From Octopus sinensis (lineage: Eukaryota), in NCBI RefSeq assembly GCF_006345805.1, contig NC_043017.1:23684001-23748000 (forward strand): a stretch of 64,000 nt of DNA, in the 5' to 3' direction. How positions within the stretch are numbered: the stretch's first letter is position 1; every line of letters starts with the position of its first letter. The notes under the pieces were generated by a model. It was not told the DNA's origin and made no database searches. It saw only the letters and a list, made by a program, of their open reading frames with translations. Shown here in pieces: positions 24,361 to 37,565 of the stretch. The position numbers were made by a program, and so were the translations under genes.

Positions 24361-25717
24361 CGGATTCCCTTCCTGTCACCCACCTTCACTTGTTATTAGG
24401 CAAGGAAATATTTTCTCGTGGCTTGACATGTTTTTCAGGGGAAACTGGTAATGAACAACCTCATTTGTATGACAGGGATGCTCATTTACAATTGTCACAA
24501 ATAAAAAAAAAAAACTCTCTGATCCATGCAAGCATTGAAAAGAGGACATTAACTGATGAATGGTTATGTTCTCATCTGATGTTGCTATTAATTATGCTTA
24601 TACATTGCCAAGCTTATGTTACTTAGGTGAATCCAGCTGCATTGAACGATCTCATTGACACATAAGTTAAATTATAGACTGAAAAACAGGAAGAGTTTAT
24701 GCTTCAACAAGATGCAACATTCATATAGGAATAGTGTGTGGTCAGAGTTGCTATGTGTTGACAGTGTTTATATGTGAAATATTTTAACGACTTTATTTGT
24801 TTCTAAGAGAATACAGCAGGTGAACATGTGATATTTGGATTAATAATTTCATGAAAAGCTATTTCATAAATATCTTAGTGTAAGTACTGTATACTGCATA
24901 TGCAATAATTGTTTCCTATTCAGGCTCCAAACCAGCTTTTTTGAGGGGAGGATTTAAGTTGACATTAATTGGGAGTGGTGAGGTGAAAGGCAGAGTGGAC
25001 TTCACCAGGATTTGATTTCATCATCGTCATCATCATTTCACATCTGTTTTCCATGCTGGCATGAGTTGAACAGTTTGACAGGGGCTGGCTAGGCAGGAGA
25101 CTGCACCAGGCTTCACTGTCTGTTTTGATATGGTTTTGATGGCTGGATGCCGTTCCTAACACCAATTACCTTAGCATTGGATATGGTGGACAGACACTGA
25201 AAGAATCCTATTGTATACATGTGTGTGTTTGCATCTGTGTTTGTCCCCACCACCACTGTTTGACAACCAGCATCAGTGTGTTGACATCCCCATAACTTAG
25301 CAGTCCAGCATAAGAAAGCACTAGAATAAGTACCAGGCTTTAAAAAAAAAAACCGAAGTCCTAGGGTTGATTCGTACAACTAAAATTCTTCATGGCAACA
25401 CTCCAGCATGGCCACAATCTAATAATTGAAACAAGTAAAGAGTAAAAGATAAAAGAAATACTCCCAGACATTTCGTCTGCTGCTTTAACAATTCTGCCAG
25501 TCCTTAGACTGCGGCCATGCTGGTGCACCATCTTGCAGAATTTTTAGTTGAATGTCTCAGCTGCAGGAGATATTTTTTTTAAAGCTTAGTATTTATTCTA
25601 GTGGTCTCTTTTGCAAAACCACTAATCTTTAGGGACATAAACACACCAACACTGGTTGTCAAGCAGTGATGGAGGAGAAATGCATACACACACACACCAC
25701 ACACACACACACATGTA

Positions 25718-25752
<35 letters not shown>

Positions 25753-26066
25753 AAATCTAAATTTTTATATAATATATATATTATATAAAAATTTTGATTC
25801 AGATGAATATGGTGCTTAAGTCGAGGCACCAGAATTTAGTATGGTATTATCCATACGATTTCAAAATAAGGTGATTAAAATCACATTATGCTAATGTGTC
25901 CTAATTTAATTAAATTCTATGTCTTTGTGCAGCTGAAGATTGCTCTACATTTTAAATTGATGTGATGAAATGATTGCATTGTTCAATTAAATGGAGTTGC
26001 ATGAAACGATTGTACTGCATTACCTCTGGATATCCTTGTTGCTTATTTTGATTATATATATATATA

Positions 26067-26470
26067 GGCGTAGGAGTGGCACTGTGGTAAGTAGCTTGCT
26101 TACGAACCACATGGTTCCGGGTTCAGTCCCACTGCGTCGAACCTTGGGCAAGTGTCTTCTACTATAGCCTCGGGCCAACCAAAGCCTTGTGAGTGGATTT
26201 GGTAGATGGAAACTGAAAGAAGCCTGTCGTATATATACTAGGTTTACAAAGAATAAGTCCTGGGGTCGATTTGCTAGACTAAAGACGGTGCTCCAGCATG
26301 GCCACAGTCAAATGACTGAAACAAGTAAAAGAGTAATATATATATATACAATGGGCTTCTTTCACTTTCTCGCTATCAAATCCACTCACAAGACACTTGT
26401 CCAAGCTGCCACACTGTAGGACCGAACTCCGAACCATGTGGTTGGGAAGCAAGCTTCTTACCACAGCCAT
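26067..26470. mobile_element. Inverted pair of family A SINEs (+ copy with internal deletion, then - strand 5' half)
   Basis: GGCGTAGGAGTGGC...GGGTTCAGTCCC at 26067, reverse head AACCATGTGGTTGGGAAGCAAGCTTCTTACCACAGCC ending ~26468. Confidence 0.8.
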
Positions 26471-27988
26471 CTGGTTGCTTGGCAACCAGATGGTTCTGTG
26501 CCTACATTCTACATGTAATAATAATTAGGAAATATGAATACGACATTAGGCACAATCTCCAGTTTTGGCTTCCACAGTAAAGCAGAGACAATTACTTTGT
26601 CTTACTGGTGTGTGTGTCTACGTAAACATATATGCATGCATATATATATAAATATGAAAATGTGTTTGTGTGTGTGTGTGATTTCTGTCATAGGATATAA
26701 TGGTTGAGAGGAAATGAGAAAAAGTGGGAGGCGGGGGAAGGAGAAACAAAAGGAAAAGCTAAATGGAAAAACAAATTTAATCCAATCAGTCAAAAATTTA
26801 TTTTAAACCCTATTTCTGGTTCTGAGTACTTTTCGTCTCTTTATTACAACTAACACACACACATACACACATATATGTATGTATATACATATATATATGT
26901 ATGTATACACATATACATATATATGTATGTCTACACAGATATATATATATATATATATATATACATACACACACACATATGTATGTATATACATATATGT
27001 ATGTATGTATACATATGTATGTATGTATACACACACATATGCATATGTGTATATACACACACTCGCGCATCTTTCTCTCTTTACATGTGTATATATGTAT
27101 GCATACTTATCTACATACATGTATATATATATATTATATATATATATATATTATATATATAATATATATATATATATATACACACACACAGACGCTATAT
27201 ATAAACCCATCATCTTCAGAATCCTTCTTGCGTACACATGATGCTGATCCAAATGTAAATTACTAAAGATATTTTGAGATTCATTGTATTGGAATTCTTT
27301 AAATTGCTTACAGAAATTTAATGGGAGATACAGAAATAAATGGCGGCTGTTGAAACTGGTATCTTTTGCTGTTGACAGATTAACTTCATTTGAAATGTAG
27401 CATATGTGTGTGTATGTACCATGAAAACATATAAGAGGGAATATTATAGGTTTTTTAAATAAGAATATCTTATTATGGAAAAAAGAAAAAAGAAAGAAAA
27501 GAGCTCTCTTTTAATGCTGTTTATGGAATAAATATCTGTTGCGAAAGTGATAATATTTCAACTTTCAAATTTGAATCTTCTAATATACATTTGGAGCATG
27601 TGTCTGTGTGTGTTGTATACACTTTATTCAAGCTGCAAAATCGTTCACAAACTGTTACTCAGAGTTTCATGTTCCTGTTCATTGGACAGTTCTTTTCTAC
27701 TCTAGGCACAAGGCCTGAAATTTTTGGGGAAGGGGCCAGTCGATTAGATCGACTCCAGTACCTCGGCAGAATTTGAACTCAGAACATAAAGACGGACAAA
27801 ATATATCGCTAAGCATTTCACCTGGTGTATGATCACAACTGTCTGACAAGCAATAACATGAAACTGAGTAACAGCTTGGATAAAAGAATTTTGTTCTTGC
27901 TTCAGTATTCAAGTACTATTTTCTTCCACTTAGTTTTACATTTTTCTACTTATGTGTCTGTGTGTATGTGTGTGTGTCTCTCTCTCTC

Positions 27989-28025
<37 letters not shown>

Positions 28026-28212
28026 AGAGAGAGAACAATAAAGATTAGAAACTTGCAGAAATGTGAAATAAATTGTTTTTAACAGCAGAACTGAAAGTAG
28101 ATGAGCTATAAATAATAGCATGTAGAGTGTTGGATTAAAAAAATATCTATGGATAGAAAAAAATAAATGACTGACTTGGTTCATCCAAGGGAGTTTCACT
28201 CCATATTCTACA

Positions 28213-28450
28213 TGCTGTGGCTCAGTGGTTAGGGTGTTGGATTCATGATGGTTAGATTGTGGTTTCAATTCCTGGACTAGGTCATGTGTTGTGTTCTTGA
28301 AGAAAGCACTTCATTTTATGTTGCTTCAGTCCACTCAGCTGGCAAAAGTGAGTAAACCTGCAATGGACTGGCATCCTATCCAGGGGACCAATATTTACAC
28401 CACAAAATCTGGGAAACCAGCCTTATGAGCATATGGCTCGGGGAGAACCT
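28213..28450 (+). mobile_element. tRNA-derived SINE, family D-related
   Basis: GTGGCTCAGTGGTTAGGG A box, GGTTTCAATTCC B box, GTGTTGTGTTCTTGA and CAGTCCACTCAGCTGG central motifs. Confidence 0.7.
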
Positions 28451-28740
28451 TTGACAGCTTTTGATTATTTGTAGCTTTAACTACTTTAAAATAGGGGACA
28501 CTAGTTCACACATATCACATATCTCTTAAAAGGGCCCATGTTGGTTGAGATAAGGAAACACTGCACAAAATTAGTTTCAGGTTGATTAAATTTTTGTTGT
28601 TGTTTTTCCAAACATGGAGTGGAGGACATTTGTAAAACACGACCTCATGAACTGGGGGTAGCAGGGAGAACAAGTGCTGGCTACCAATAGTTTTGAACCA
28701 CTGATGTAGAGGTTCTCTCATTGGCTCGAGCATTCTTATG

Positions 28741-28960
28741 TACAAGGGAGCGCTGAAATTTTTCTGGCTTAAGGGGTATCCTGAAGGGCCTAGTTGAAGG
28801 CCAAACCTTCCAAGTTCTTTTACAGGGCTTAGAAAAACTGAAGGGCTGCTGCAATAAATGTGTGAATCTAAGAGGGGAATTTGTAGAATAAAATCATAAT
28901 TAACTGATCCTCCTGTATTTTCTTTTACCCAAAACCAGGAACATTTTAGCGTCCCTCATA
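28741..28960 (+). mobile_element. Mariner-derived MITE with TA target duplication
   Basis: TIRs TACAAGGGAGCGCTGAAATTTTTCTGG and CCAGGAACATTTTAGCGTCCCTCATA. The interior retains the transposase C-terminus GLEKLKGCCNKCVNLRGEFVE*. Confidence 0.8.
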
Positions 28961-28977
28961 TGTTGTGGATTTCATAG

Positions 28978-30083
28978 GCACAGGCATGGCTGTATGGTTA
29001 AGAAGCTCACTTGGCAACCATGTGGTCTTGGGTTCAGTCTCACAGTGTGGCACCTTGGGCAAGTGTTTTCTACTATAGTCCCAGGCTGACCCCAAAGCCT
29101 TGTAAGACCGTTTGGTAGAAAACTGTGTGAAAGCTTGTCGTATGTGTGTATAAATGTATATATGCATATGAGTATATATGTACGTGTGTATCTTGTGTTT
29201 GTCTTCCCACTGCTTGTCAGCTGGTGTTGGTTTGTTCACATCCCTGTAACTTTACAGTTTAGTAAAAGAGACCACTAAAATAAGTACCAGACTTTGAAAA
29301 AAAAATGTGCTTTTATTGATTTGTTCAACTAAACAGGCACAGGGGTGGCAGGAAGCTTGCTTCCCAGCTGCATGGTTCTGGGTTCAGTCCCACTGTGTGG
29401 TACCATGGGTAAGTGTTTTCTACTATAGCTATGGGCTAACCAAAGCACTGTGAGTGGATTTGGTAGATGGAAACTGAAAGAAGCCCATCTTGTATGTGCG
29501 CATGTGTGTGTGTGTATGTGTCTGTTTGTCTGCCACCACTGCTCAACAACTGGTGTTGATATGTTTATGTTCCCATAACTTAGTAGTTCAGCAAAAGAAA
29601 CTGATTAATAAATACCAGGTTTATAAAAAAAAGAGTACTGGGGTCGATTCATTTACTTTACTTTCTTTTAATTTCTTTTACTTCTTTCAGTCATTTGACT
29701 GCGGCCATGCTGGAGCACCACCTTTAGTCGAGCAAATCAATCCCGGGACTTATTCTTTGTAAGCCCAGTACTTATTCTATCGGTCTCTTTTTGCCGAACT
29801 GCTAAGTGACAGGTACGTAAACACGCCAGCATCGGTTGTCAAGCAATGCTAGGGGGACAAACACAGACACAAACACACAAGCCCACAGATATATATATAT
29901 ATATATATATACATATATACGACGGGCTTCTTTCAGTTTCCGTCTACCAAATCCACTCACAAGGCATTGGTCGGCCCGGGGCTATAGCAGAAGACACTTA
30001 CCCAAGATGCCACGCAGTGGGACTGAACCCGGAACCATGTGGTTGGTTAGCAAGCTACTTACCACGCAGCCACTCCTGCGCCT
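28978..30083. mobile_element. Cluster of three family A SINEs (+, +, -)
   Basis: Heads at ~28978 and ~29340 on +. A young - strand copy spans ~29680-30083. Confidence 0.85.
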
Positions 30084-31417
30084 GTCATCATTTCTCTAAA
30101 ATTCTTCAACGTGGTGCTGCAGCAACACACAGAAGATGAAAGATTAAAAAAAAAAAAAAAAACTGCTGAAAAGGTTGAAGGGGTTTCTGTCTCTGAAGAG
30201 GAAGTCTTACTGTGTGTTTGAGTCTTGGCTAAGATATACTTGTGTGATCGCTGGTTACCAGAGATTGTGAAGCCTGTTACATGCAGGTGCTGCTGTTGGT
30301 GGTGGAGGACTGAAGTGGCCTTAGCTGTTGTGTGTAGTGAATTACAGATCATTTGATTAAGCATTCGTTAAGTGTGAAGTTATTAGTGAGGTCCTTGTAT
30401 GAATGTCATTAATTAGGTTAGTGTTAATGGGTTTGATGCAAGCAAGCATTAAAAAACTTAATTAGAATTAACTTTAAAATGAGGTGAAGATGATTGTAGA
30501 GAAGCTTCTATTTTCTCTTTTGCTTGTTTCAGGCATTGGAATGTGACCCTGCTGGAGCACTGCCTTATATTTTTTAAGCCTAGTGCTTATCCTGTTGGCT
30601 TCTTTTGTTGAACTGATAAATTACGGTGATGTCAACAAACCAACACTGATTGTCAAGCAGTGGGGAGAGGGAACAAACACAAGCACAAAGACACACACAC
30701 ACACACACACAAAACCCTGGTATGGTTTCAATGACTGGATACCCTTCCTAAGTCAGCCAGTCCACTCTGTAAAGTGGTTGGTGTTAAGAAGGGCATCCAG
30801 CTATAGAAAAGAAACAAACGACTGGAGCCTGGTGCAGTTCCCTGGCTTGCCAGCTCCTGTCAAACTGTCCAGCCCATCTCAGCATGGGAAACAGATGTTA
30901 AATGATGATGATGATGACGTAATCTTTCAGTTTTTGTTGTGGAAGGATTCCAAGCACCCCATCAAATAACTAAAAGTGGACTGACTCATTGTTATAAATT
31001 AAAGAACTGTGTGTCAATTGGCAGTTTGTGTTAGGAGCAGTTCACTGTGAGTCATTGATATAGAGTGTTGTGTCTCATGTAATAGTAATAATAGTGTGTT
31101 GTGTATATACTTTCTTCTCGCCTGCTTCATTATATTATGTATCCAATTCAAAGATACAAAAGTTTTCATCTATCAAATCCACCACAAGACTTTGTTCAGC
31201 CAGGGGCTATAGTAGAAGATTCTTGCCCCAAGTGCTACATTGTGGGACTGAACCCTAGGTTACATAACTGATAAGCAAACTTCTCAACCACACAACTACA
31301 TCTGCACCTGATAATTATGGGAGACAACCCTGAACTTGTTTTGATGGTATTACACCTCCTCAGCAAACCATACCTTCACTGTAGTTGCCAAAACATTGGA
31401 AAGAAAATTATTAAGTA

Positions 31418-31828
31418 CTAGCTTAAAAGCCGTACTCTGTGGTTAAGGACAGATGAGAAATATTTATCTAATGCAATCATTCTATTATTCCAATCCCAAA
31501 CTGAATTCCAACTGTTGGTCAGTTTGTCCCAAAATTCTTATCTCAGCGTAAAATTAATCAAGTGAATTTAATTTATCTCGCCCCTTGGTCTCTGATGTCA
31601 TCTGACAAATGCCAACCAAGATGGCATGAATCAGCCAAGCTTTACCTGCTTGAAATAGCAGTCCAAATGCTTCAGATCCCAATGCTGGATGTTTAAGAAC
31701 CAAATGAAGGGCAGATTTTGAATCCTGAGATCATCCCGATTCCAAAAAGATTTGTCTATAGAACAAATATAGATTGAGATACAGGGGTCCCAGGAAGGCA
31801 GACAAAATTTCGCTTTTATTATTATAGA
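31418..31828 (-). mobile_element. Non-autonomous Helitron-like element
   Basis: Minus strand A|TCTATAATAATAAAAGCGAAATTTTGTCTG ... decayed hairpin CCACAGAGTACGG ... CTAG|T. Confidence 0.6.
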
Positions 31829-32229
31829 TTTGTACAATATTCTAAAACAGTATTGCATAAAAATTAGCATATTTTACAGAATGACTTATCCAGAGATGCC
31901 ATCTGTATACAAAAACCATAGTTAAATTAACAATAACATATTTATGTTCATTTAACAAATCATTTGCAGCTGTGTCAGTAAAATCTGACAATTTTTACTA
32001 TGATGAATCCATAGCAACATCTCGAATGTGTATCATTGATGTGAACTTTGATAATGTAGTGATATTTATTCTATTTACTCTTATTCTGTGATATTTTATA
32101 TCACGGTTTGGGAATGGCAATGATGATAAAGGAGTGTCTATTTAGTTACAAGGATCTTCACATGCAAAGCATGTTTTTTTTTTTTGTTCATTTATTCTTT
32201 AGCTTTTACATCAATGTTTTCCTTTCCCA

Positions 32230-32612
32230 TCTCTCTCTATATAAACGGCAGTTTGTCTGTGCGTGTTTCTGTGTGTCTGTTTGCTTGTACCCTCACCCTG
32301 ACCACGGCTTTCAACCGATTCTGATGAAACTTGACACACACATAGCCCAATGTCATAATTCAAAACTAACGCAGCGAAAATTTTGAAAAGTTCCCCCAGT
32401 TCTGAAAAAAATCGATAAATTCGACATGGGGTCGAGAATCAGAAACACAAACCACAAACTGTCTAGGGGACGCAACTCCACCTTTTTTAACTCTCAAAAA
32501 AATTTACCATAATTTTTTTCCATTTTTTTGCTGTTTTTTGGCTATAACTCTCTAAAAATGCTTTATAGTTATTTCCCTTACAAACCTGAGCAACGCCGGG
32601 CGATACTGCTAG
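32230..32612 (+). mobile_element. Non-autonomous Helitron
   Basis: A|TC start, TCTATATAAAC and GTCTGT-rich 5' end, subterminal CCTGAGCAACGCCGGG hairpin, CTAG|T end. Confidence 0.8.
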
Positions 32613-32734
32613 TTCTAACATAAATTAGGGAAGGACAAGCAATTATACACACATACATACTTGTGAACACTCACACACACACACATATATATACATACAC
32701 ACACAAATATATACATAGACATACACATAAACAT

Positions 32735-33482
32735 TTAGGTAAGAAGCTTGCTTCCCAACCACATGGTTCCAGGTTCAGTCCCACTGTGTAGCACCTTGGG
32801 AAAGTGTCTTCTACTATAGCCTTGGGCCGACCAAAGCCTTGTGAGTGGATTTGGTAGACAGAAACTGAAAGAAGCCTGTTGTATATATATGTGTGTGTAT
32901 GTGTGTTTGCCCCTCCACAATCACTTAACAACCAATGTTGGCATATTTACGCCACCCGTAACTTAGCAGTTCAGCAAAAGAGAGTGATAGAATAAGAACT
33001 AGGCTTACAAAGAATAAGTCCTGGGGTTAATTTGTTTGACTAAAGGCGGTGCTCCTGCATGACCACAGTCGAGTGGCTGAAACAAGTAAAAGAATAAAAG
33101 AATATATATATACATGTGGCTGTGTGGTAAGTAGCTTGCTTACCAACCACATGGTTCTGGGTTCAGTCCCACTGCATGGCACCTTGGGCAAGTGTCTTCT
33201 ACTATAGCCTCGGGCCGACCAAACTCTTGTGAGTGGATTTGGCAGACAGAAACTGAAAGAAGCCTGTTGTATGTGTGTGTTTATATATGTTTGTCCCCCA
33301 ACATCGCTTGACAACCAATGCTGGTGCATTTACATTCCTGTAACTTAGCGGTTCTGCAAAAGAGACTGATAGAATAAGTACTAAGCTTACAGAGAATAAG
33401 TTCTGGGGTCAATTTGTGCAACTAAAAGCAGTGCTCCAGCATGGCTGCAGTCAAATTACTGAAACAAGTAAAAGAATAAAAA

Positions 33483-33485
<3 letters not shown>
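32735..33485 (+). mobile_element. Two tandem family A SINEs
   Basis: Heads at ~32735 and ~33116, each followed by core and tail. Confidence 0.85.
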
Positions 33486-33531
<46 letters not shown>

Positions 33532-34482
33532 GTACATACACACACACACACACATATATATATAGACACACACACACACATGTAAATATATACATATGTA
33601 TATTTATATACAAACATAGATACATATGTTTATGTATATATAATGCACAAACATACAAATGTATGTGTGTAACAGGCTCTTATACACACATACACGTATG
33701 TTTGTATGTAGCAGGTTTTTACCCATTTTCTATTAGATCTGTTGACAAGTTATAGGCTAACCTAAGGTTATGTTAGAAACATTTACCCAAAGTGCCCCAT
33801 ATTGGAATTGAACCTGAAACAACATGGTTACAAAGAAAACTCAACCACATGGCTATTTATGGCAATCAAGATTTTTATTCCTACCATTTTGCTTTCATTG
33901 TGTAATATCATTTTACTGACATTTAATTAGCATTACCAACACCTCGTGATTTACAGCATTAATTATAATTAGGAAGAAAATGATAATTAAAAGCTATTTC
34001 AGATTTGATATTTGAATATGCTTAGGTTTTTATGATTTACGAAAAACCAATGCCAATTTAAACATTTTAATTCCAATCTACATGAAATTGTTCCTGGTTC
34101 TGTGATACAAAATTCATGTTTTAAAATGATCTAATTAAGATATGCCATCAAAATTTTGTGTTCATTTATGTTTCAAATACTAGATTTATGATGACAGTTA
34201 TTTTACTAACTTCTTCATTATTTAAAAAATTAATTGAAATTAAGGCAATGTATTTCAACAGTATTAAAGACATTTTGGACCCTCAACTCAGCTTTCCTAT
34301 TTTTATTTAAGCTTTTCCTTTATTTTTTTTCCCCAAAAAACTTTTTGAATTTCCATTTTATAAATGATGCAGCATCTTGTCTTAATTTACTAATTAGATT
34401 TTAGTCAAGTTGAGCTTTTCACTGAAGAAATATATTGTTTGGGAAATTCTTGAATATTTTTGTTGATCAAGATTTTTGTTAA

Positions 34483-34890
34483 CTCTTTTGTTAATGTCTT
34501 GTTTCCATACGTTTTGAATTAAAATCTTCCACCAAATCTTAGTCGCAATTTATGTTCCTGATACTAGATGAATGATGACTAAGTTATTTTACTAAAGTCT
34601 TTGTTATATTTAACCCTTTAGCATTTAAACTGGCCATATCCGGCCAAAAGTATTCTGCCTGTTTTATGTTCAAACTGGCCAGATCTGGTCTCTCACACCA
34701 ACCCTACAATGTCGTTTTAAAAATTAACAGCTACCTCATCAAAATCTCATAGCTACAAGATAATGCATGATTAGTTCAAAACAATGTGGATAAAAAAGAA
34801 TTAGTTTTGGTAGAATAATGCAAACACTAAAGGGTTAAAATTACTGAAAGAAACACAGAGCATCTCAAAATAAATGCAGTAACAAAAGGG
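34483..34890. mobile_element. piggyBac-type MITE (outer), interrupted by a second MITE
   Basis: TTAA|CTCTTTTGTTA ... TAACAAAAGGG|TTAA. Body related to 50017-50834, 34080-34260 and 2085-2270. Confidence 0.7.
34614..34834. mobile_element. piggyBac-type MITE (inner), 221 bp
   Basis: TTAA|CCCTTTAG ... CTAAAGGG|TTAA with TTAA duplicated. Confidence 0.88.
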
Positions 34891-35004
34891 TTAAACCCTC
34901 ACAATTTGATATACAGTGACTTTCATCCTTTTGGAGTTAGGATTAGATTTTGGCTGCCACTTGTAGCAGATGTGACTATGTAGAACACCTTTCTTGCTTA
35001 TATA

Positions 35005-35926
35005 TTGGGTCATCCCATAATTAATGCAGTTTTTTCAATTGCATGAACTAAAAGTTGGAGGGGATGGGATAAACTAGCTGCATCAACTTGCTATAAAAGC
35101 AGGCAGTAATTTTACCTTGTATTTATTCTTAGTGCAAGTTTTGAAGAGTGCAGTTTGATTTTAACAGCTATTTTTTCAAAGCTATAATGGAAATGACAAA
35201 GGAACATATTCAGCATATTTTGCTTTATGAGTTCAATAAAGGCAACAATGCAACAGAAAGTGCAAGGAATATTAATGCAGTATACAGGGATCAGACAGTA
35301 AATCTAAGTCAGTGTCAATGGCAGTTCCAGAAATTGCAAGTCGGAAACTACAGCCTAGAAAATGAGCCATGTCCTGGAAGATCTGTAGAGCTTGACGAGA
35401 ACATCCTGTGAAGCCTGGTGGAACAAAATCCCATCGTAACTGTTGTAGAACTAGTAGAGAAGTTTGGACTTGGTCATTCAACCATTCATCAACGCCTGCA
35501 TGCCATCAGAAAACAAGCATTTTTGGTTTCAAGATGAAAGGTGTTCTTCCATCAGCAAAATGCTTGGCCACATACAGCGAGGATGATATTCCAGAGGCTG
35601 GAGCAGTTTGAATGGGAAATGATACCCCACCCACCATATTCGCCATACATTGCCCCATCTAATTACCATTTATTCTGCAGTCTTCAAAATAATTTGGACA
35701 GAAAAAATATGAATTCTATAGATGAGGTCAGAACAGTACTGGAGGAGTATTTTTTGTCATGGACAAGTGAATTTTGGAAGAGGGGCCTTGCAAGTTTACC
35801 AGATAAATGGAAGAGGATTGTAGAAAATAAAGATTATATTTTAGATTAAAAAAGAACTTTGTTTATCTTAATTTTGCAAAATAAAAGAAGTATGAAAAAA
35901 CCCGCATTATTTACGGGATAACCCAA
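35005..35926 (+). mobile_element. Internally deleted mariner transposon (family 1)
   Basis: TA-flanked TIRs TTGGGTCATCCCATAATTAATGCAG and CGCATTATTTACGGGATAACCCAA. HTH region EHIQHILLYEFNKGNNATESARNI, C-terminus PHPPYSPYIAPSNYHLF. The WVPHEL linker and first catalytic Asp region are missing, and there is an in-frame stop. Confidence 0.92.
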
Positions 35927-36254
35927 TATCTGTGGTGTCTGTTGCTGTGTATCATCAGGTCAATGAAATAAGAACCAGATGAACTCCGGGGTTGATGTTA
36001 TTCACTTATCTCCCCACTCTCCCTGACATTGCTGGCCTTGTGCCAAAATTTGAAACCATTATACTGCTAGTTTTTGTACAAACTGCAATGCTATTCTTCA
36101 ACAAGCAGATGTTCTGCAGGAAATTCCTTCCACTTTACTCATTATCTTACTACCATTAAATTTTATTGATGATGTTTACATTTTGATTTTGTTCATTATT
36201 TATCGTTATTTTCATTTATTTTCAAATAATTTTCTTCTTTTTCTGGTGTTTTAG

Positions 36255-36405
36255 ATTATGGACCCAAAGTTCCATACCAGCGTATTCACCAGAAAGCTAC
36301 CAGCTTTTCTGAGAAAAACCATTTCAATGTCTGGATTACTGGTGTGACAGTCAGTGTGAAAGTGTCTCTTGACAAACGACCGAGTCACAGGATTAATTCA
36401 AACCT
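36255..36405 (+). CDS. PLD1: Phospholipase D exon (region upstream of and entering the PX domain)
   Basis: TTTTAG| acceptor, |GTAAGT donor, 151 bp, one open frame (D)YGPKVPYQRIHQKATSFSEKNHFNVWITGVTVSVKVSLDKRPSHRINSN(L). Aligns from memory with human PLD1 IPFSAIY...YLSGCPI...SINL. Ends in phase 2, matching the next exon. The symbol is best match; invertebrates typically have one PLD1/2 co-orthologue. Confidence 0.8.
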
Positions 36406-36469
36406 GTAAGTATTAAAATCATTATAAAAACAAAAAATGTAAGAAATAAAAATTATTAATGGCACAAGT

Positions 36470-36916
36470 ATGACTGTGTGGTAAGAAGATTTCTTCCCAA
36501 CCACATGGTTCTGGGTTCAGTCCCACTTCATAGCACTTTGGATAAGTGCCTTCTGTTATAGCCTTGGCCAACCAAATCCTCAAGAATGGACTTGGAAAAC
36601 AAAAACTGAAAGAAGCCCATCATTGATATATACATATACTTATGTGTATGTGTGTGTGTCTTTGTGTCTGTATTTGTACCCACGTCACTGCTTGACAACC
36701 AGTGTTGGTGTGTTTACCTCCCTGTACCTTAGCAGTTCAGCAAAAGACACTGACAGAATAGGTACTAGGCTTTAAAAAACAAAGGAAGTACTGGGATCGA
36801 TTCATTTGGCTAAAGATTTTTCAAGGTGGTGCTCCAGCGTGGTCGCAATCTCATGACTGAAACAAGTAAAAAAAAACAAACATCTACTACAAGATGACAG
36901 TTGCAAGGAAAGCATG
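36470..36916 (+). mobile_element. SINE family A plus 3' flank shared with the 45678 copy
   Basis: Head, core and tail present, followed by GATGACAGTTGCAAGGAAAGCATG. Confidence 0.8.
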
Positions 36917-37178
36917 ATCCTGGGGTCAATTTGTTTGACTAAAACCTCTCAAGGTGGTGCTCCAGTGTGGTCGCAGTCAAATGTCTGAAACAAGTAAAAG
37001 CATAAACGAACGACTGAAACTATTTGAAATACCTCAGCTCCGTTAATGTCTTTATCTTCAAAGAATCGATCACCTCCAGTGGATTCAGGCTGAATTTGGC
37101 AGTTTGTATAAAGAGTAAAGAAAACACATTCCTTCCAAAAATAAAATATCAACTAGATTATAGCTGGGAGAAAACAGT

Positions 37179-37565
37179 TTACTCAAAGTAGCTACCCTCA
37201 GTTTCCACAATGGCCTCAAGATAGCTCTGGGACCTGGTGCCTGTGTTTCTCACTGTGTCCTTGGGAAGATCTTTGAATATCTCCTTGATTTTGACCACCA
37301 GCTCAGCCTTGGTGTTGCAAACAGGAGTTGGCATCTTTCTCGACTGTGCCCCTCACATAGCAGTTCCTGGGATTACATTCAGGAGAATTAAGAGGCCAGA
37401 AATTGAGGGTGATGAAGTAAAAATTCTCTGACAAACATTTCTGAAATTTTTGTGAAGATATGGCTAGGGGCTGAATCCTGCTGCCATATATATGGTCTTC
37501 CAGCTGTAACCATCTCCAGCAGCTTTGCATAACCATTTGCTCAAAGATGTGGAGTGGCATGTTGT
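37179..37565 (-). mobile_element. Tc1/mariner-superfamily transposase C-terminal remnant (possibly maT/rosa type)
   Basis: Frameshifted minus-strand peptides GRPYIWQQDSAPSH, FWPLNSPECNPRNCYVRGTVEKD and LEAIVETEGSYFE*. Confidence 0.8.

Noticed and set aside
25760-25793. 34-bp perfect palindrome AATTTTTATATAATATATATATTATATAAAAATT
   Set aside because: A/T only and adjacent to a (TA)n tract, so expected from slippage.
31631-31870. 79-aa minus-strand ORF as a nested gene exon
   Set aside because: Lies across the 5' end of the Helitron-like element and has no recognisable protein motif.
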